49,307 bases of DNA from an uncultured Clostridia bacterium (GCA_964615285.1 CAZTND010000004.1:1233-50539), one strand, 5' to 3'. Positions 27,700-37,440 are shown, numbered from the stretch's first letter. The notes: generated from the sequence alone by a model not told the origin. Made by a program: numbers and translations.

Positions 27700-30324
27700 A
27701 TGGCACTTTCGCAGATGATGCAGCATTATTTCAAAGTCAAAGAGGCGCACAAGGATTGTATCGTATTCTATCGCCTGGGCGATTTTTACGAGATGTTCTT
27801 CGACGACGCGGTCAAGGTGTCCCGCCTTTTGGACCTGACCCTGACGGGCAGGGACTGCGGGCTTTCCGAGCGCGCGCCCATGTGCGGCATCCCGTACCAC
27901 GCCGCCGACGGCTACATTGCAAAACTGGTCGGAATGGGGGAAAAAATCGCCGTCTGCGAACAGCTATCCGACCCTTCGCAGAAGAACAAGGCGTCCGAAC
28001 TCGTCGAACGGGACGTCATCCGCATCATTTCGGCGGGCACGCTCACCGAGGACAGCATGCTCGACGAGAAAAAGAACAACTTCATCGCCGCCGTCTGCAG
28101 GCACGGCGAGGTCTGCGGCGCGGCGTGGGCGGACATCACGACGGGGGAGTTCTGCGCGGCGGAGTTCGCGGGCGCGGACGGCGTGCAGCGCACGGCGGAC
28201 CAGCTGGTCAAGCTCTCCGTGGCGGAGATCGTTTCGGACGACGACATGCTCTTTGCGGGGCGGGAACTCAAAGAGGCGAAGCATAAGATCCTGCCGCCCT
28301 TCTCATCCTATTACGCCTGGGCGTTCAACGAAAAGCATGCCGAGAAAAATCTTTGCGAACAGTTCGGCGTGCAGTCTTTGGCGGCGTTCGGTATCGCGGG
28401 GCATCCGGCGGCGCTCGGCGCGGCGGGCGCCCTCATAGAGTATCTGCGGGAAACGCAAAAACATGCGCTGAAGAACATAACTTCGGTCAAAATGCTCCGC
28501 AGCGAGCGGTATATGACCCTCGATCCCATTGCCGTCCGCAACCTCGAGCTCGTGAAGAGCAATTCCGAAAATAAGAAATACGGATCCCTTTTGTGGCTCC
28601 TCGACCGGACGGCGACGGGGATGGGCGCAAGGAAAATGTATGAAACGATCCTCTCGCCGCTGAGCGAAAAAGAGACCATCGAATACCGCCTGGACGGCGT
28701 GGAGGAGCTGGTAAACGGGACGGTGGTGCGCCTCAGCATCGCCGACGAACTCAAGGGGATACGCGACGTCGAGCGACTGACGGGCAAAATTTCCAACGGC
28801 AACCTGACGCCGCGGGACTGTTTGGCGCTGGCTTCCTCCCTCCGCGCGGTCCCGGCCGTCAAATTTCAGCTTTCGGGCTTTTCCTCCGCCGTGTTGAAGG
28901 ACGTCGACGCGGGGCTTTTCGATATGAAGGAAGTTTACGAACTTCTGGAGCGCGCCATCGCGCCCGAAGCCTCTTCGGTCATGAAGGACGGGGGATATAT
29001 CCGCGCGGGTTACAGCGCCGAGCTGGACGAAGTGCGCGCCCTGCATGAAAACTCCAACGCGCTCAAGGCGGAAATGGAGGAGCGCGAGCGGGAAACGACG
29101 GGCATTTCCAAGCTGAAAATCGGTTTCAACCGCGTGTTCGGCTATTACATCGAGATCCCCAACTCCTTTAAGGACCGCGCGCCCGAACGGTATATCCGCC
29201 GCCAGACCCTGGCGACGGCGGAGCGGTTCGTCACCGAGGAGCTCAAAGAGCTGGAGGGGCGGATTTTGGGCGCGGAAGAGACGGCTTTGCGCTTGGAGGC
29301 GCAACTCTACGGGGAACTCAAAGAAATTTTGGGGCGGAACATCGAGAAATTGAAGAGCATCGCCCGTGCGGTCGCGTCGCTGGACTGTCTGGTCGCCTTT
29401 GCGACCGTGGCGAAGGAAAACAAATACTGCCGCCCGAAAATCGCCGAACGGGGCGGAGAACTGAAAATATCCGAGGGCAGGCATCCCGTGGTGGAGGCGA
29501 TCTCCCGCGAGCGGTTCGTGCCCAACGACACGATGATGGACGGCGGCGAAAACCGCACCATGATCCTCACGGGACCCAACATGGCGGGCAAATCCACCTA
29601 TATGCGGCAGACGGCGCTCATCGTGCTCATGGCGCACCTCGGCTCTTTCGTGCCCGCGGCGCGCGCCGTCGTCCCTCTGACGGACAGGATATTCACCCGC
29701 GTGGGAGCGAGCGACAACCTGATTTTCGACCAATCCACCTTCATGGTGGAGATGACGGAAGTCGCCTCCATTCTCCTGCACGCCACGAAGGACAGTTTGC
29801 TCGTTCTGGACGAAGTGGGGCGGGGGACAAGCACTTACGACGGGCTGTCCATCGCCTGGGCGGTCGTGGAATTTCTGACCAGGAACACCCGCGCCAAGAC
29901 GCTGTTTGCGACGCATTACCATGAACTGACCGAACTGGAAGGCAGGTTGGAGGGCGTGAAGAATTACAAGGTGACCGTGCGCGAGATCGGCGGGAGCATC
30001 GTATTCCTGCGCAAGATACAGCGGGGCGGCGCCAACAAGAGTTTCGGCGTGGAAGTCGCGGCGCTCGCGGGCGTGCCCAAAGAGGTCACAAACCGCGCGC
30101 GGCAGATATTGAAAAAACTCGAAAAGAACGACGTCAATCGTTCCGGCATGGATTTTGCGGAAGAGGCGGAACGGAAAGAGGAGCGGCGGGAGCTTACCCG
30201 CACGGAGCGCATTCTGCGGGATACTGACATCAACGGGCTTTCGCCCGTGCAAGCCCTCCTGCTCCTCTCCGAACTGAAATCGGATATAGAAAAGGAACTC
30301 GAAGAACAATCGGCAGGAGCGTAA
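27700..30324 (+). CDS. mutS: DNA mismatch repair protein MutS
   Basis: 874 aa. N-terminal mismatch-binding region (LGDFYEMFFDDA), Walker A GPNMAGKST and the DEVGRGTSTYDG motif. Confidence 0.95.
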   Translation: MALSQMMQHYFKVKEAHKDCIVFYRLGDFYEMFFDDAVKVSRLLDLTLTGRDCGLSERAPMCGIPYHAADGYIAKLVGMGEKIAVCEQLSDPSQKNKASELVERDVIRIISAGTLTEDSMLDEKKNNFIAAVCRHGEVCGAAWADITTGEFCAAEFAGADGVQRTADQLVKLSVAEIVSDDDMLFAGRELKEAKHKILPPFSSYYAWAFNEKHAEKNLCEQFGVQSLAAFGIAGHPAALGAAGALIEYLRETQKHALKNITSVKMLRSERYMTLDPIAVRNLELVKSNSENKKYGSLLWLLDRTATGMGARKMYETILSPLSEKETIEYRLDGVEELVNGTVVRLSIADELKGIRDVERLTGKISNGNLTPRDCLALASSLRAVPAVKFQLSGFSSAVLKDVDAGLFDMKEVYELLERAIAPEASSVMKDGGYIRAGYSAELDEVRALHENSNALKAEMEERERETTGISKLKIGFNRVFGYYIEIPNSFKDRAPERYIRRQTLATAERFVTEELKELEGRILGAEETALRLEAQLYGELKEILGRNIEKLKSIARAVASLDCLVAFATVAKENKYCRPKIAERGGELKISEGRHPVVEAISRERFVPNDTMMDGGENRTMILTGPNMAGKSTYMRQTALIVLMAHLGSFVPAARAVVPLTDRIFTRVGASDNLIFDQSTFMVEMTEVASILLHATKDSLLVLDEVGRGTSTYDGLSIAWAVVEFLTRNTRAKTLFATHYHELTELEGRLEGVKNYKVTVREIGGSIVFLRKIQRGGANKSFGVEVAALAGVPKEVTNRARQILKKLEKNDVNRSGMDFAEEAERKEERRELTRTERILRDTDINGLSPVQALLLLSELKSDIEKELEEQSAGA

Positions 30325-30330
30325 GGGAAC

Positions 30331-32349
30331 ATGGCAAAGATCAACATTTTAAGCCCCAACGTGTACAACCGCATCGCGGCGGGCGAAGTCGTCGACCGTC
30401 CCTATTCGGTCGTCAAGGAATTGACGGAAAACGCCCTCGACGCGGGGGCGAGCGAGATAGAGATCCGCATCGAAAAGGGGGGCAAGAGCTATATCTCCGT
30501 CCTCGACAACGGCGGCGGCATCGAATATGCCGATTTGAAGAGCGTCTTTCTGCCGCACGCCACGAGCAAGATCTCCAAGGCGCAGGACCTCGAAAATATC
30601 TGCACACTCGGTTTCCGCGGCGAGGCGGTCGCGTCCATTTCGGCGGTCTCGCGCATGCGCTATACTTCCAAGTGCGCGGGGGCGGAGTGCTATCGCATCG
30701 AGTGCAACGGCGGGGAGATCGGCGAACCTGTCCGCGCGGCGGGGGCGGACGGCACGTTGGTCGAGGTGGAGGACCTGTTTTACAACACGCCCGTGCGGCT
30801 GAAATTCCTGAAATCGGACAAGGCGGAAGAGGCGGACATCTCCACCTTCGTCAACCGCTTCATTCTTTCCCACCCCCGGGTGCGCTTCCGTTACTTTGCG
30901 GATAACCGCCTTGTCGCCCGGTCCTTCGGCGGCGGGGAAGAGGAGGCGCTCGTGTCCGTCTACGGCGCGTCCGTCCGCAAGGATACCTACCACATCGACG
31001 CGACAAAGAACGGCATAAAGATACACGGCTATATCGGCAATCAGAATTTTTTCAAGCCCAACCGCAGCTATCAGAGCATGTTTCTGAACGGGCGGTACAT
31101 CGTCAACAGTACGATCTCCGCCGCGCTGACCAATGCCTATGCGAGCTACGCCATGAAGCGGCAGTATCCCTTCTACGTCCTGTACGTCGATATGTCCCCC
31201 GAGCTGGTGGACGTCAACGTGCACCCCAACAAGGCGGACGTGCGCTTTGCCGACAACCAGGTCGTCTACGGCGCGCTGTACAGCGTGGTTTCCTCCGTGC
31301 TGGACGGCAATTCCCGTGCGCTCGAATACGTTGCGCCTGACGTCTCCGTGCATGCAGACGGCAAACCTGCTCCTTCATCAACCGCGCCCTCCGCTCCCCG
31401 GACGGAAAGACCGGGCGGGGCAAAATCATTTTCTTCGACCGCGCCCGGTGCGCCCGCCTTCCCGTATGCGCCCGCCTTTACCTATGAACAGGCGAAGAGC
31501 GAGATAGAGGCGGCGAAGGCAAAGATCCTCGGCGATGCGCCCGCAGAGGACGACGGGGAGGGGGAACTCCCCTTCGAAGAGGTGCGCCGGAAGGGGGCGC
31601 CTGCGGCGGGAAAGCCCGAAGGGCAGCCGTATGCCGACCTGTTCTTTGAGGAAAATACGATGGAGGTCAAGGCGCCCGCGGAAAAGGCAGAGGACTTTTT
31701 CGAGGAGAACAAAAAGTTCCTGGCGGCGGAAGAGGCGCGCAGGCAGGAACGGGATGCGCAGATGCGCATCGATACGGAGCGCTGCGAATACAAGGGCAAT
31801 CTCTTCAACACCTTCCTTTTGTACGAATGCGGGGACAACGCCTACATCATCGATCAGCATGCGGCGCATGAACGGCTCATCTTCGACCGTCTGCAGCGCA
31901 GGATGGAGAAACGCGAGACCGCGCGGCAGCCCATGCTCGTGCCCTATGAACGGCGCGTGACGCCCGCCGAGGCCGTTTTCCTCGAAGATTGCCTGCCGGC
32001 GCTGCGGGAGATCGGATTTGAAGTAGCGGGGGACGGAGACTGCACGTTCACCGTGACCGCCGTGCCCCTCGATCTGCAGTCTATCTCGTTGGACGAGTTT
32101 TTTGACGGCGTCCTGCACGACATTTCCGGCCTGCGCGGCATCAAGCTGGGCGACCTTTTGCGCGACAGGCTCGCCATGGCGGCGTGCAAGGCGGCGATTA
32201 AGGGCGGGATGCGCCTGACCGAAGAGGAAGTAAAAACGCTTCTTGCCGATATGGACGGCAACGCGGGGCTCAAATGTCCGCACGGCCGCCCCGCCGTGGT
32301 GCGGCTGACCAAATACGAGATCGAAAAGATGTTCAAGAGGATCGTATGA
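30331..32349 (+). CDS. mutL: DNA mismatch repair endonuclease MutL
   Basis: 672 aa. GHKL ATPase N-terminus (IAAGEVVDRPYSVVKELTENALDAG) and the endonuclease motif DQHAAHERLIF in the C-terminal domain. Confidence 0.95.
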   Translation: MAKINILSPNVYNRIAAGEVVDRPYSVVKELTENALDAGASEIEIRIEKGGKSYISVLDNGGGIEYADLKSVFLPHATSKISKAQDLENICTLGFRGEAVASISAVSRMRYTSKCAGAECYRIECNGGEIGEPVRAAGADGTLVEVEDLFYNTPVRLKFLKSDKAEEADISTFVNRFILSHPRVRFRYFADNRLVARSFGGGEEEALVSVYGASVRKDTYHIDATKNGIKIHGYIGNQNFFKPNRSYQSMFLNGRYIVNSTISAALTNAYASYAMKRQYPFYVLYVDMSPELVDVNVHPNKADVRFADNQVVYGALYSVVSSVLDGNSRALEYVAPDVSVHADGKPAPSSTAPSAPRTERPGGAKSFSSTAPGAPAFPYAPAFTYEQAKSEIEAAKAKILGDAPAEDDGEGELPFEEVRRKGAPAAGKPEGQPYADLFFEENTMEVKAPAEKAEDFFEENKKFLAAEEARRQERDAQMRIDTERCEYKGNLFNTFLLYECGDNAYIIDQHAAHERLIFDRLQRRMEKRETARQPMLVPYERRVTPAEAVFLEDCLPALREIGFEVAGDGDCTFTVTAVPLDLQSISLDEFFDGVLHDISGLRGIKLGDLLRDRLAMAACKAAIKGGMRLTEEEVKTLLADMDGNAGLKCPHGRPAVVRLTKYEIEKMFKRIV

Positions 32350-33221
32350 GCGGCAAGGTCATCGTCGTGGGCGGCGCGACCGCCAGCGGCAAGACTTCTC
32401 TTGCCGTCCGCCTGGCGGAAAAATATGACGGCGAAGTCATCTCGGCGGACGCTCTTCTCGTCTACCGCGGGCTGGACATCGGCACGGCGAAGCCGACGGC
32501 GGAGGAGATGCGGGGCATTCCGCATCACATGATCGACGTGGCGGATCCGACCGAAAATTTTTCCGCGAGCGATTACGAGCGCCTGGCGCTGCCCGTCTTG
32601 CGGGACGTGCTTGCGCGCGGCAAGACGGCGATCGTCTGCGGCGGCACGGGGTTCTACATGCAGTCCCTGCTCTTTGCCCGCAGCCTCGGCGGCGCGGCGG
32701 CGAGCGAAGAAGTGCGGGAAAAATACAAAAAGATCGCCGCAGAAAAGGGGAAGGCTTACCTGCATTCTTTGCTGGAAGAGCGCGACGAAGAGAGCGCGGC
32801 GAAGCTGCACGAGAACGATGTGAAGCGCGTCGTCCGCGCGTTGGAAATTTACGAGCTGACGGGCAAAAAGAAGTCCGAACAGCATGACGGATGGACGCCG
32901 CGCTTTCCCTACGAGGCGTATGCGATCGATATGCCGCGCGAAGAGCTGTACGGGCGCATCGACCGCCGCGTGGCGGAGATGTTTGCGCGCGGACTGGTCG
33001 GCGAAGTCGAAGGGCTTTTGTCCCGCGGGATCGGAGAAGGCTGTCAGTGCATGCAGGCGATCGGCTACAAGGAGATCGCCGAGGGGCTGCGCACGGGACA
33101 GACGGAAGGAGAGATGCAGGAGAAGATCAAGAAAAACACGCGCAACTACGCCAAACGGCAGTTGACGTTTTTCCGCAAATTCCCCGCTTTGCGGTGGATC
33201 GATAAGGATTTTTTGCCATGA
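32346..33221 (+). CDS. miaA: tRNA dimethylallyltransferase
   Basis: Starts at MSGKVIVVGGATASGKTSLA (P-loop), overlapping the mutL stop (ATGA). 291 aa. Confidence 0.9.
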   Translation: MSGKVIVVGGATASGKTSLAVRLAEKYDGEVISADALLVYRGLDIGTAKPTAEEMRGIPHHMIDVADPTENFSASDYERLALPVLRDVLARGKTAIVCGGTGFYMQSLLFARSLGGAAASEEVREKYKKIAAEKGKAYLHSLLEERDEESAAKLHENDVKRVVRALEIYELTGKKKSEQHDGWTPRFPYEAYAIDMPREELYGRIDRRVAEMFARGLVGEVEGLLSRGIGEGCQCMQAIGYKEIAEGLRTGQTEGEMQEKIKKNTRNYAKRQLTFFRKFPALRWIDKDFLP

Positions 33222-34444
33222 ACGAGAAGATAGAAAAACGGATACGGGAGAGCGAGGAAGGGCTGTCCGCGGCGTTTTGCCGCCTGGACGACATCGCTTT
33301 TTACAATCAAAAGAAGGTGCTGGAAGCCTTTTTGCACAACCGCGTGGCAGCAATGCACTTTCTGCCCTCCACGGGCTACGGCTACGGCGACGCGGGGCGG
33401 GAAACGCTCGGCAAGGTCTATGCCGACGCCTTCGGCGCAGAGGCGGGCGTCGTGTCGCCCGCCCTGCTTTCGGGTACGCATGCTCTGACCGTCGCGCTCT
33501 TCGGCATTCTGCGGCCGGGCGACGGGGTGCTCTGCGTTTCGGGACAGCCGTATGACACCTTACAGGGGGTCATTTTCGGCGAGGGGAACGGGTCGTTGCA
33601 CGATTTCGGCGTTTCCTTCGACGTGCTGCCCCTGACGGAGGAAGGAAAATTCGATTATCCCGCCGTCGCGGACGCGCTGCAGAAAAAGAAATATAAAATG
33701 CTCTACATCCAGCGTTCGCGCGGGTACGAACTGCGCGACGCCTTTTCGGTCGCCGAAATCGGGGAGATGTGCCGCTTTGCCCGCGAAGAGGGCTTTACGG
33801 GATGTATCTTTACGGATAACTGCTACGGCGAATTCGTCGAAAAGCGCGAGCCGACCGAAGCCGGGTGCGACGTGATGGCGGGCAGCCTCATCAAGAACCC
33901 CGGCGGCGGGCTTGCCCCGACGGGCGGTTATGCCGTCGGAAAAAAGGAATACATCGACCTCATCGAAAAGCGGCTGACCGCGCCCTCCGTCGGCGGGGAA
34001 ATCGGATCGTATGCCTTCGGCTATCAGTATTTTTATCAGGGCTTTTTCCTCGCGCCGCACGTCGTGTGCCAGGCACTAAAAGGCAGCCTGCTCATCGGCA
34101 AGTGTATGGACGGCCTGGGGTATGAAAATTTTCCCAAACTCGACAAGGAGCCTTCCGACATCACGCGCGCCATTCGTTTTGACACCGAAAAGCAACTTTG
34201 CGATTTCATTCAGTCCGTGCAGGAGGCTTCGCCCGTGGACGGTTTCGTGCACCTCGAGGCGTGGGATATGCCGGGGTACGACGACAAAGTCATCATGGCG
34301 GCGGGGACATTCGTGGGCGGGGCGTCCATAGAGCTCTCCGCCGACGCGCCCATCCGCGAGCCGTATACGGCGTATTTCCAGGGCGGGCTGACCTATGAAC
34401 ACTGCAAATACGCCCTGACGAAAATTCTGGAAAAACTCTTGTAA
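33218..34444 (+). CDS. PLP-dependent YnbB-like protein (aluminium-resistance / Met gamma-lyase-like family)
   Basis: 408 aa. Contains STGYGYGD.GRE and SLIKNPGGG.AP.GGY patterns. Start overlaps the miaA stop. Confidence 0.75.
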   Translation: MNEKIEKRIRESEEGLSAAFCRLDDIAFYNQKKVLEAFLHNRVAAMHFLPSTGYGYGDAGRETLGKVYADAFGAEAGVVSPALLSGTHALTVALFGILRPGDGVLCVSGQPYDTLQGVIFGEGNGSLHDFGVSFDVLPLTEEGKFDYPAVADALQKKKYKMLYIQRSRGYELRDAFSVAEIGEMCRFAREEGFTGCIFTDNCYGEFVEKREPTEAGCDVMAGSLIKNPGGGLAPTGGYAVGKKEYIDLIEKRLTAPSVGGEIGSYAFGYQYFYQGFFLAPHVVCQALKGSLLIGKCMDGLGYENFPKLDKEPSDITRAIRFDTEKQLCDFIQSVQEASPVDGFVHLEAWDMPGYDDKVIMAAGTFVGGASIELSADAPIREPYTAYFQGGLTYEHCKYALTKILEKLL

Positions 34445-34543
34445 CGGAGAGGCGGAGAATGTCGCCGCGCGGAAGCGGCGGCCGGACGTTTCTCTCTGCG
34501 GAAAGAAATTTGAATGATCGATATTAAAAAAGGAGTGTGCAAT

Positions 34544-35035
34544 ATGGTAAAATTTGAAAGGGTCAGGACGGAGTCCGATTGGAACCTGCTCGCCGAGAAG
34601 GCGGGGGAGGTTTGGCGGGAATATTTCCCTTGCATCCTGGCAAAGGACGAGATCGAATATATGATCGATAAGTTTCAAAGCCCCCGCGCCTTTGCCGAGC
34701 AGAAAAAAGAGGGATACGAATATTACTTCATCGAAGTGGACGGCGCGGTCGGGGGATATGTCGGCATAAAATTCTATGACGACCATCTCTATCTGTCCAA
34801 ATTTTATATATTGAAGGAGTACCGCTCGAAGGGGTACGGCAGAGCGGCATTTGAATTTTTGAAGAAAAAGGCGCTCAAAGCGGGACTGCACAAAATTTCC
34901 CTGAGCGTCAACAAGTACAACGAGCCGACGATCGCCGTCTACGAAAAACTCGGGTTCCGCCGTGTCGGCGCCGACGTGAAGGACATCGGCGACGGCTATG
35001 TGATGGATGATTTCACCTACGAAGTCGAATTTTAA
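34544..35035 (+). CDS. GNAT-family N-acetyltransferase
   Basis: Start at MVKFERV with AAGGAG 8 nt upstream. Acetyl-CoA binding motif YRSKGYGRAAFEFL and the C-terminal YEKLGF. Confidence 0.8.
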   Translation: MVKFERVRTESDWNLLAEKAGEVWREYFPCILAKDEIEYMIDKFQSPRAFAEQKKEGYEYYFIEVDGAVGGYVGIKFYDDHLYLSKFYILKEYRSKGYGRAAFEFLKKKALKAGLHKISLSVNKYNEPTIAVYEKLGFRRVGADVKDIGDGYVMDDFTYEVEF

Positions 35036-35048
35036 TAAGATTTACGCT

Positions 35049-35069
35049 GTATTATGTCAGACATAATAT
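35049..35069. repeat. 21-bp palindrome copy C (GTATTATGTCAGACATAATAT)
   Basis: 20/21 match to the ideal palindrome. Lies 14 nt after the GNAT stop, at the start of a 325-bp non-coding gap. Confidence 0.8.
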
Positions 35070-35360
35070 ACTTGATTTGCCCGATTTTTTGACCGTTTTT
35101 TCAATTTTTGCAATGAAACGGGCAAAAATAAGTTTGATATTTATCGCAAGAAAAAAGCCTTCCGAAAAGATCCCGGGAGACTTTTATGCTTCAAAAAATG
35201 CGTTTGTATTCGGCCGAAAGGTTCCGGCTCCCTTGCGTGCGGCAGGAGAAACAAAGGGGCTTATGTTCATATAAACTTCCACGCGCATATGCTCATACGA
35301 AAATTTTATGCGAAAAATCGGATGCGTGCGTTTCCCCGTGGCTTGTCCGACGCGCGGGCA

Positions 35361-36140
35361 TCAGGTCTCGGACGGGGGGATGCCGATGATCTTGCGGTAG
35401 GCGCGGAAGAAGGTGGAATAATCCGAAAAGCCGCATTGTTTATAGGCGACCGTCGGTTTGACGCCTTCCTTGATGAGAGAGTCGGCGAGCAGAATCTTCT
35501 TTGTGCGCACATATTGAATGATCGGCACGTCCATACAGCGCAGAAATTCCTTGCATATGTAAGATTTTGAATAATGGAAGTGCTCGCATATATCCGAAAT
35601 TTTGAGCGGCAGGGCGATGTTTTCGTTGATGTAATCGACGACTTCCGCCATCTTTTTGCTGTAAAAGACGATGTCGGTGTCGACCATTTCCTTGCTGCAG
35701 AAGTAGGTGATGATCTCGCGCAGGACGCTCTCCATGAGATAATGCAGGTTGTTGCCCGTATAATTTTCATAATGCCAGTCCATGCGTTCAAAGAGCTGCG
35801 GTATGATCGTCTGGGAGACCGAACAGCAGGTATTTTTTTCCTTGAGGACGTGCAGAAGGTCCTTGGGGATCTCATACTCCGGGAATTTGATGACGTAGCG
35901 CTCGTATTTTTTATCGGACAAGGGATTGATGTGGTGGTGCTGCCCGGGCTGGATGAATGCAAGGTCGCCGACCGCCATGGTGAATCTCTTGTTTTCCAGA
36001 ATGAGTTCCACGTCGCCCTCGACGAGATAGAGCATTTCATAGACGATATGATAGTGCTCTTCAAACTTTTCGGTATAGTCGGGCCCGCAGTCCGATTTGT
36101 GCGCAAAATTCATGTTGGGATAAACCAAATCGTATTCCAT
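35361..36140 (-). CDS. AraC-family transcriptional regulator (cupin sensor + HTH)
   Basis: N-terminal cupin-like half and a C-terminal AraC HTH (ISDICEHFHYSKSYICKEF...GFSDYSTFFRAYRK). Start chosen at MEYDL (36140), because the upstream ATG 36158 lies inside the predicted promoter spacer. Confidence 0.85.
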   Translation of the reverse strand: MEYDLVYPNMNFAHKSDCGPDYTEKFEEHYHIVYEMLYLVEGDVELILENKRFTMAVGDLAFIQPGQHHHINPLSDKKYERYVIKFPEYEIPKDLLHVLKEKNTCCSVSQTIIPQLFERMDWHYENYTGNNLHYLMESVLREIITYFCSKEMVDTDIVFYSKKMAEVVDYINENIALPLKISDICEHFHYSKSYICKEFLRCMDVPIIQYVRTKKILLADSLIKEGVKPTVAYKQCGFSDYSTFFRAYRKIIGIPPSET

Positions 36141-36146
36141 AACTGC

Positions 36147-36175
36147 ATTATAACACATTGATGGAAAAAATGCAA
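36147..36175 (-). promoter_or_regulatory. promoter of the AraC-family gene (possible leaderless transcript)
   Basis: Minus strand reads TTGCAT-17 nt-TATAAT. The -10 ends 6 nt before ATG 36140. Confidence 0.55.
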
Positions 36176-36290
36176 TATTTTTTGGGAAATAAATGCAATT
36201 GATATTTTTATTTTTTTGTGCTACAATATAAGAAATAAATTTTTAGATTACCTTTTTTGAAAATATTTTTCATTTTTTGACAAATGCAAA
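36168..36290. promoter_or_regulatory. three AAATGCAA(T/A) direct repeats (candidate AraC-regulator sites)
   Basis: Copies at 36168-36176, 36191-36199 and 36282-36290. The first two are 23 bp apart. One overlaps the araC -35 and the other abuts the uxuA -35. Confidence 0.4.
36199..36227 (+). promoter_or_regulatory. promoter of the uxuA-gus operon
   Basis: TTGATA-17 nt-TACAAT, with a TG two nt upstream of the -10 (extended -10-like). About 100-nt leader. Confidence 0.6.
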
Positions 36291-36333
36291 AACGGATTCA
36301 GGAAGGACAAAAAACAAGGAGTGTATCGGAGAC

Positions 36334-37419
36334 ATGAAAATGACCTTTCGGTGGTACGGCGAAAAGGACAGCATCCCTTTGGAGTACATCCGTCAGATCC
36401 CCAACGTGCAGAGCGTGGTGACTGCCGTGTACGATGTGCCGGTGGGCGAAGTCTGGAGCGACGCTTCCGTGCAGAGGCTCAGAGACCTTGCGGCGGAGAA
36501 GGGCTTGAAGGCGGAAGTCATCGAGTCCATTCCCGTGCATGAGGACATCAAGCTCGGCAGGGGCGACAGGGACAGATACATTGCCAACTACTGCGAAAAC
36601 ATCCGCGTGGTGGCAAGGAACGGCGTGAAGTGCATCTGCTACAACTTTATGCCCGTGTTTGACTGGCTGCGCACGGAGATGGCGCATCCCAATCCCGACG
36701 GCAGCACGTCGCTGGCCTATTCGCGGGAAGATTTCCTGAAAATCGATCCCGCCAACCTGCATCTTCCCGGCTGGGACGAGAGCTATACCCCGGAGGAATT
36801 GCAGGGGCTCTTAAAGGCTTATCGGGACGTCAGCCATGAACAGCTCTTTGAAAATCTGGTCTATTTCCTGGAAAGGGTCATTCCCGTCTGCGACGAGGTG
36901 GGCGTTGCGATGGCCATTCATCCGGACGATCCCCCTTGGGATGTGTTCGGGCTGCCGCGCATCGTCTCCTGCGAAGCCGATCTCGACAAGCTCTTCGCCG
37001 CGGTGCCTTCCAAAAACAACGGCCTGACCCTGTGCACGGGTTCTTTTGGCGCGGGGCGGAAAAACGATCTCGTTCATATGGCGGCAAAATATGCCGCGCA
37101 GGGCAGGGTGCATTTTGCGCATCTGAGAAACGTCCTCTGGACGGACGATACCGATTCCTTCTGCGAAGTGGGGCACTGCTCTTCTTACGGCAGCCTGGAT
37201 ATGGCGGCGATCGTGCGCGCGCTGGTAGAAAACGGATTTGACGGCTATGTCCGTCCCGACCACGGCAGAAGCATCTTCGGCGAAACGGGCAAGGGCGGTT
37301 ACGGGCTCTACGACAGGGCTCTGGGCGCGGCGTATCTCAACGGCCTCTTCGAAGCGACCGAAAAGGAGCTGCAGAAGAAGGCGGAGACCAAACCGATATA
37401 CATCGAAGTAAAAATTTAA
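36334..37419 (+). CDS. uxuA: mannonate dehydratase
   Basis: Starts MKMTFRWYG, the typical UxuA N-terminus. About 361 aa. The upstream 19 codons of the tracked ORF are not used. Confidence 0.9.
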   Translation: MKMTFRWYGEKDSIPLEYIRQIPNVQSVVTAVYDVPVGEVWSDASVQRLRDLAAEKGLKAEVIESIPVHEDIKLGRGDRDRYIANYCENIRVVARNGVKCICYNFMPVFDWLRTEMAHPNPDGSTSLAYSREDFLKIDPANLHLPGWDESYTPEELQGLLKAYRDVSHEQLFENLVYFLERVIPVCDEVGVAMAIHPDDPPWDVFGLPRIVSCEADLDKLFAAVPSKNNGLTLCTGSFGAGRKNDLVHMAAKYAAQGRVHFAHLRNVLWTDDTDSFCEVGHCSSYGSLDMAAIVRALVENGFDGYVRPDHGRSIFGETGKGGYGLYDRALGAAYLNGLFEATEKELQKKAETKPIYIEVKI

Positions 37420-37440
37420 TTTTTTAGATACGGAGCAATT

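Noticed and set aside
34463-34497. CGCCGC-gcggaa-GCGGCG hairpin after the YnbB-like gene as a terminator.
   Set aside because: The stem is only 6 bp and the T-rich tract (GTTTCTCTCT) begins 8 nt away and is interrupted. Support is insufficient.
35306-36106. 266-aa minus-strand ORF overlapping the AraC gene in another frame.
   Set aside because: It has Ser/Arg/Thr-rich nonsense composition, whereas the 35361-36140 frame carries a clear AraC HTH.
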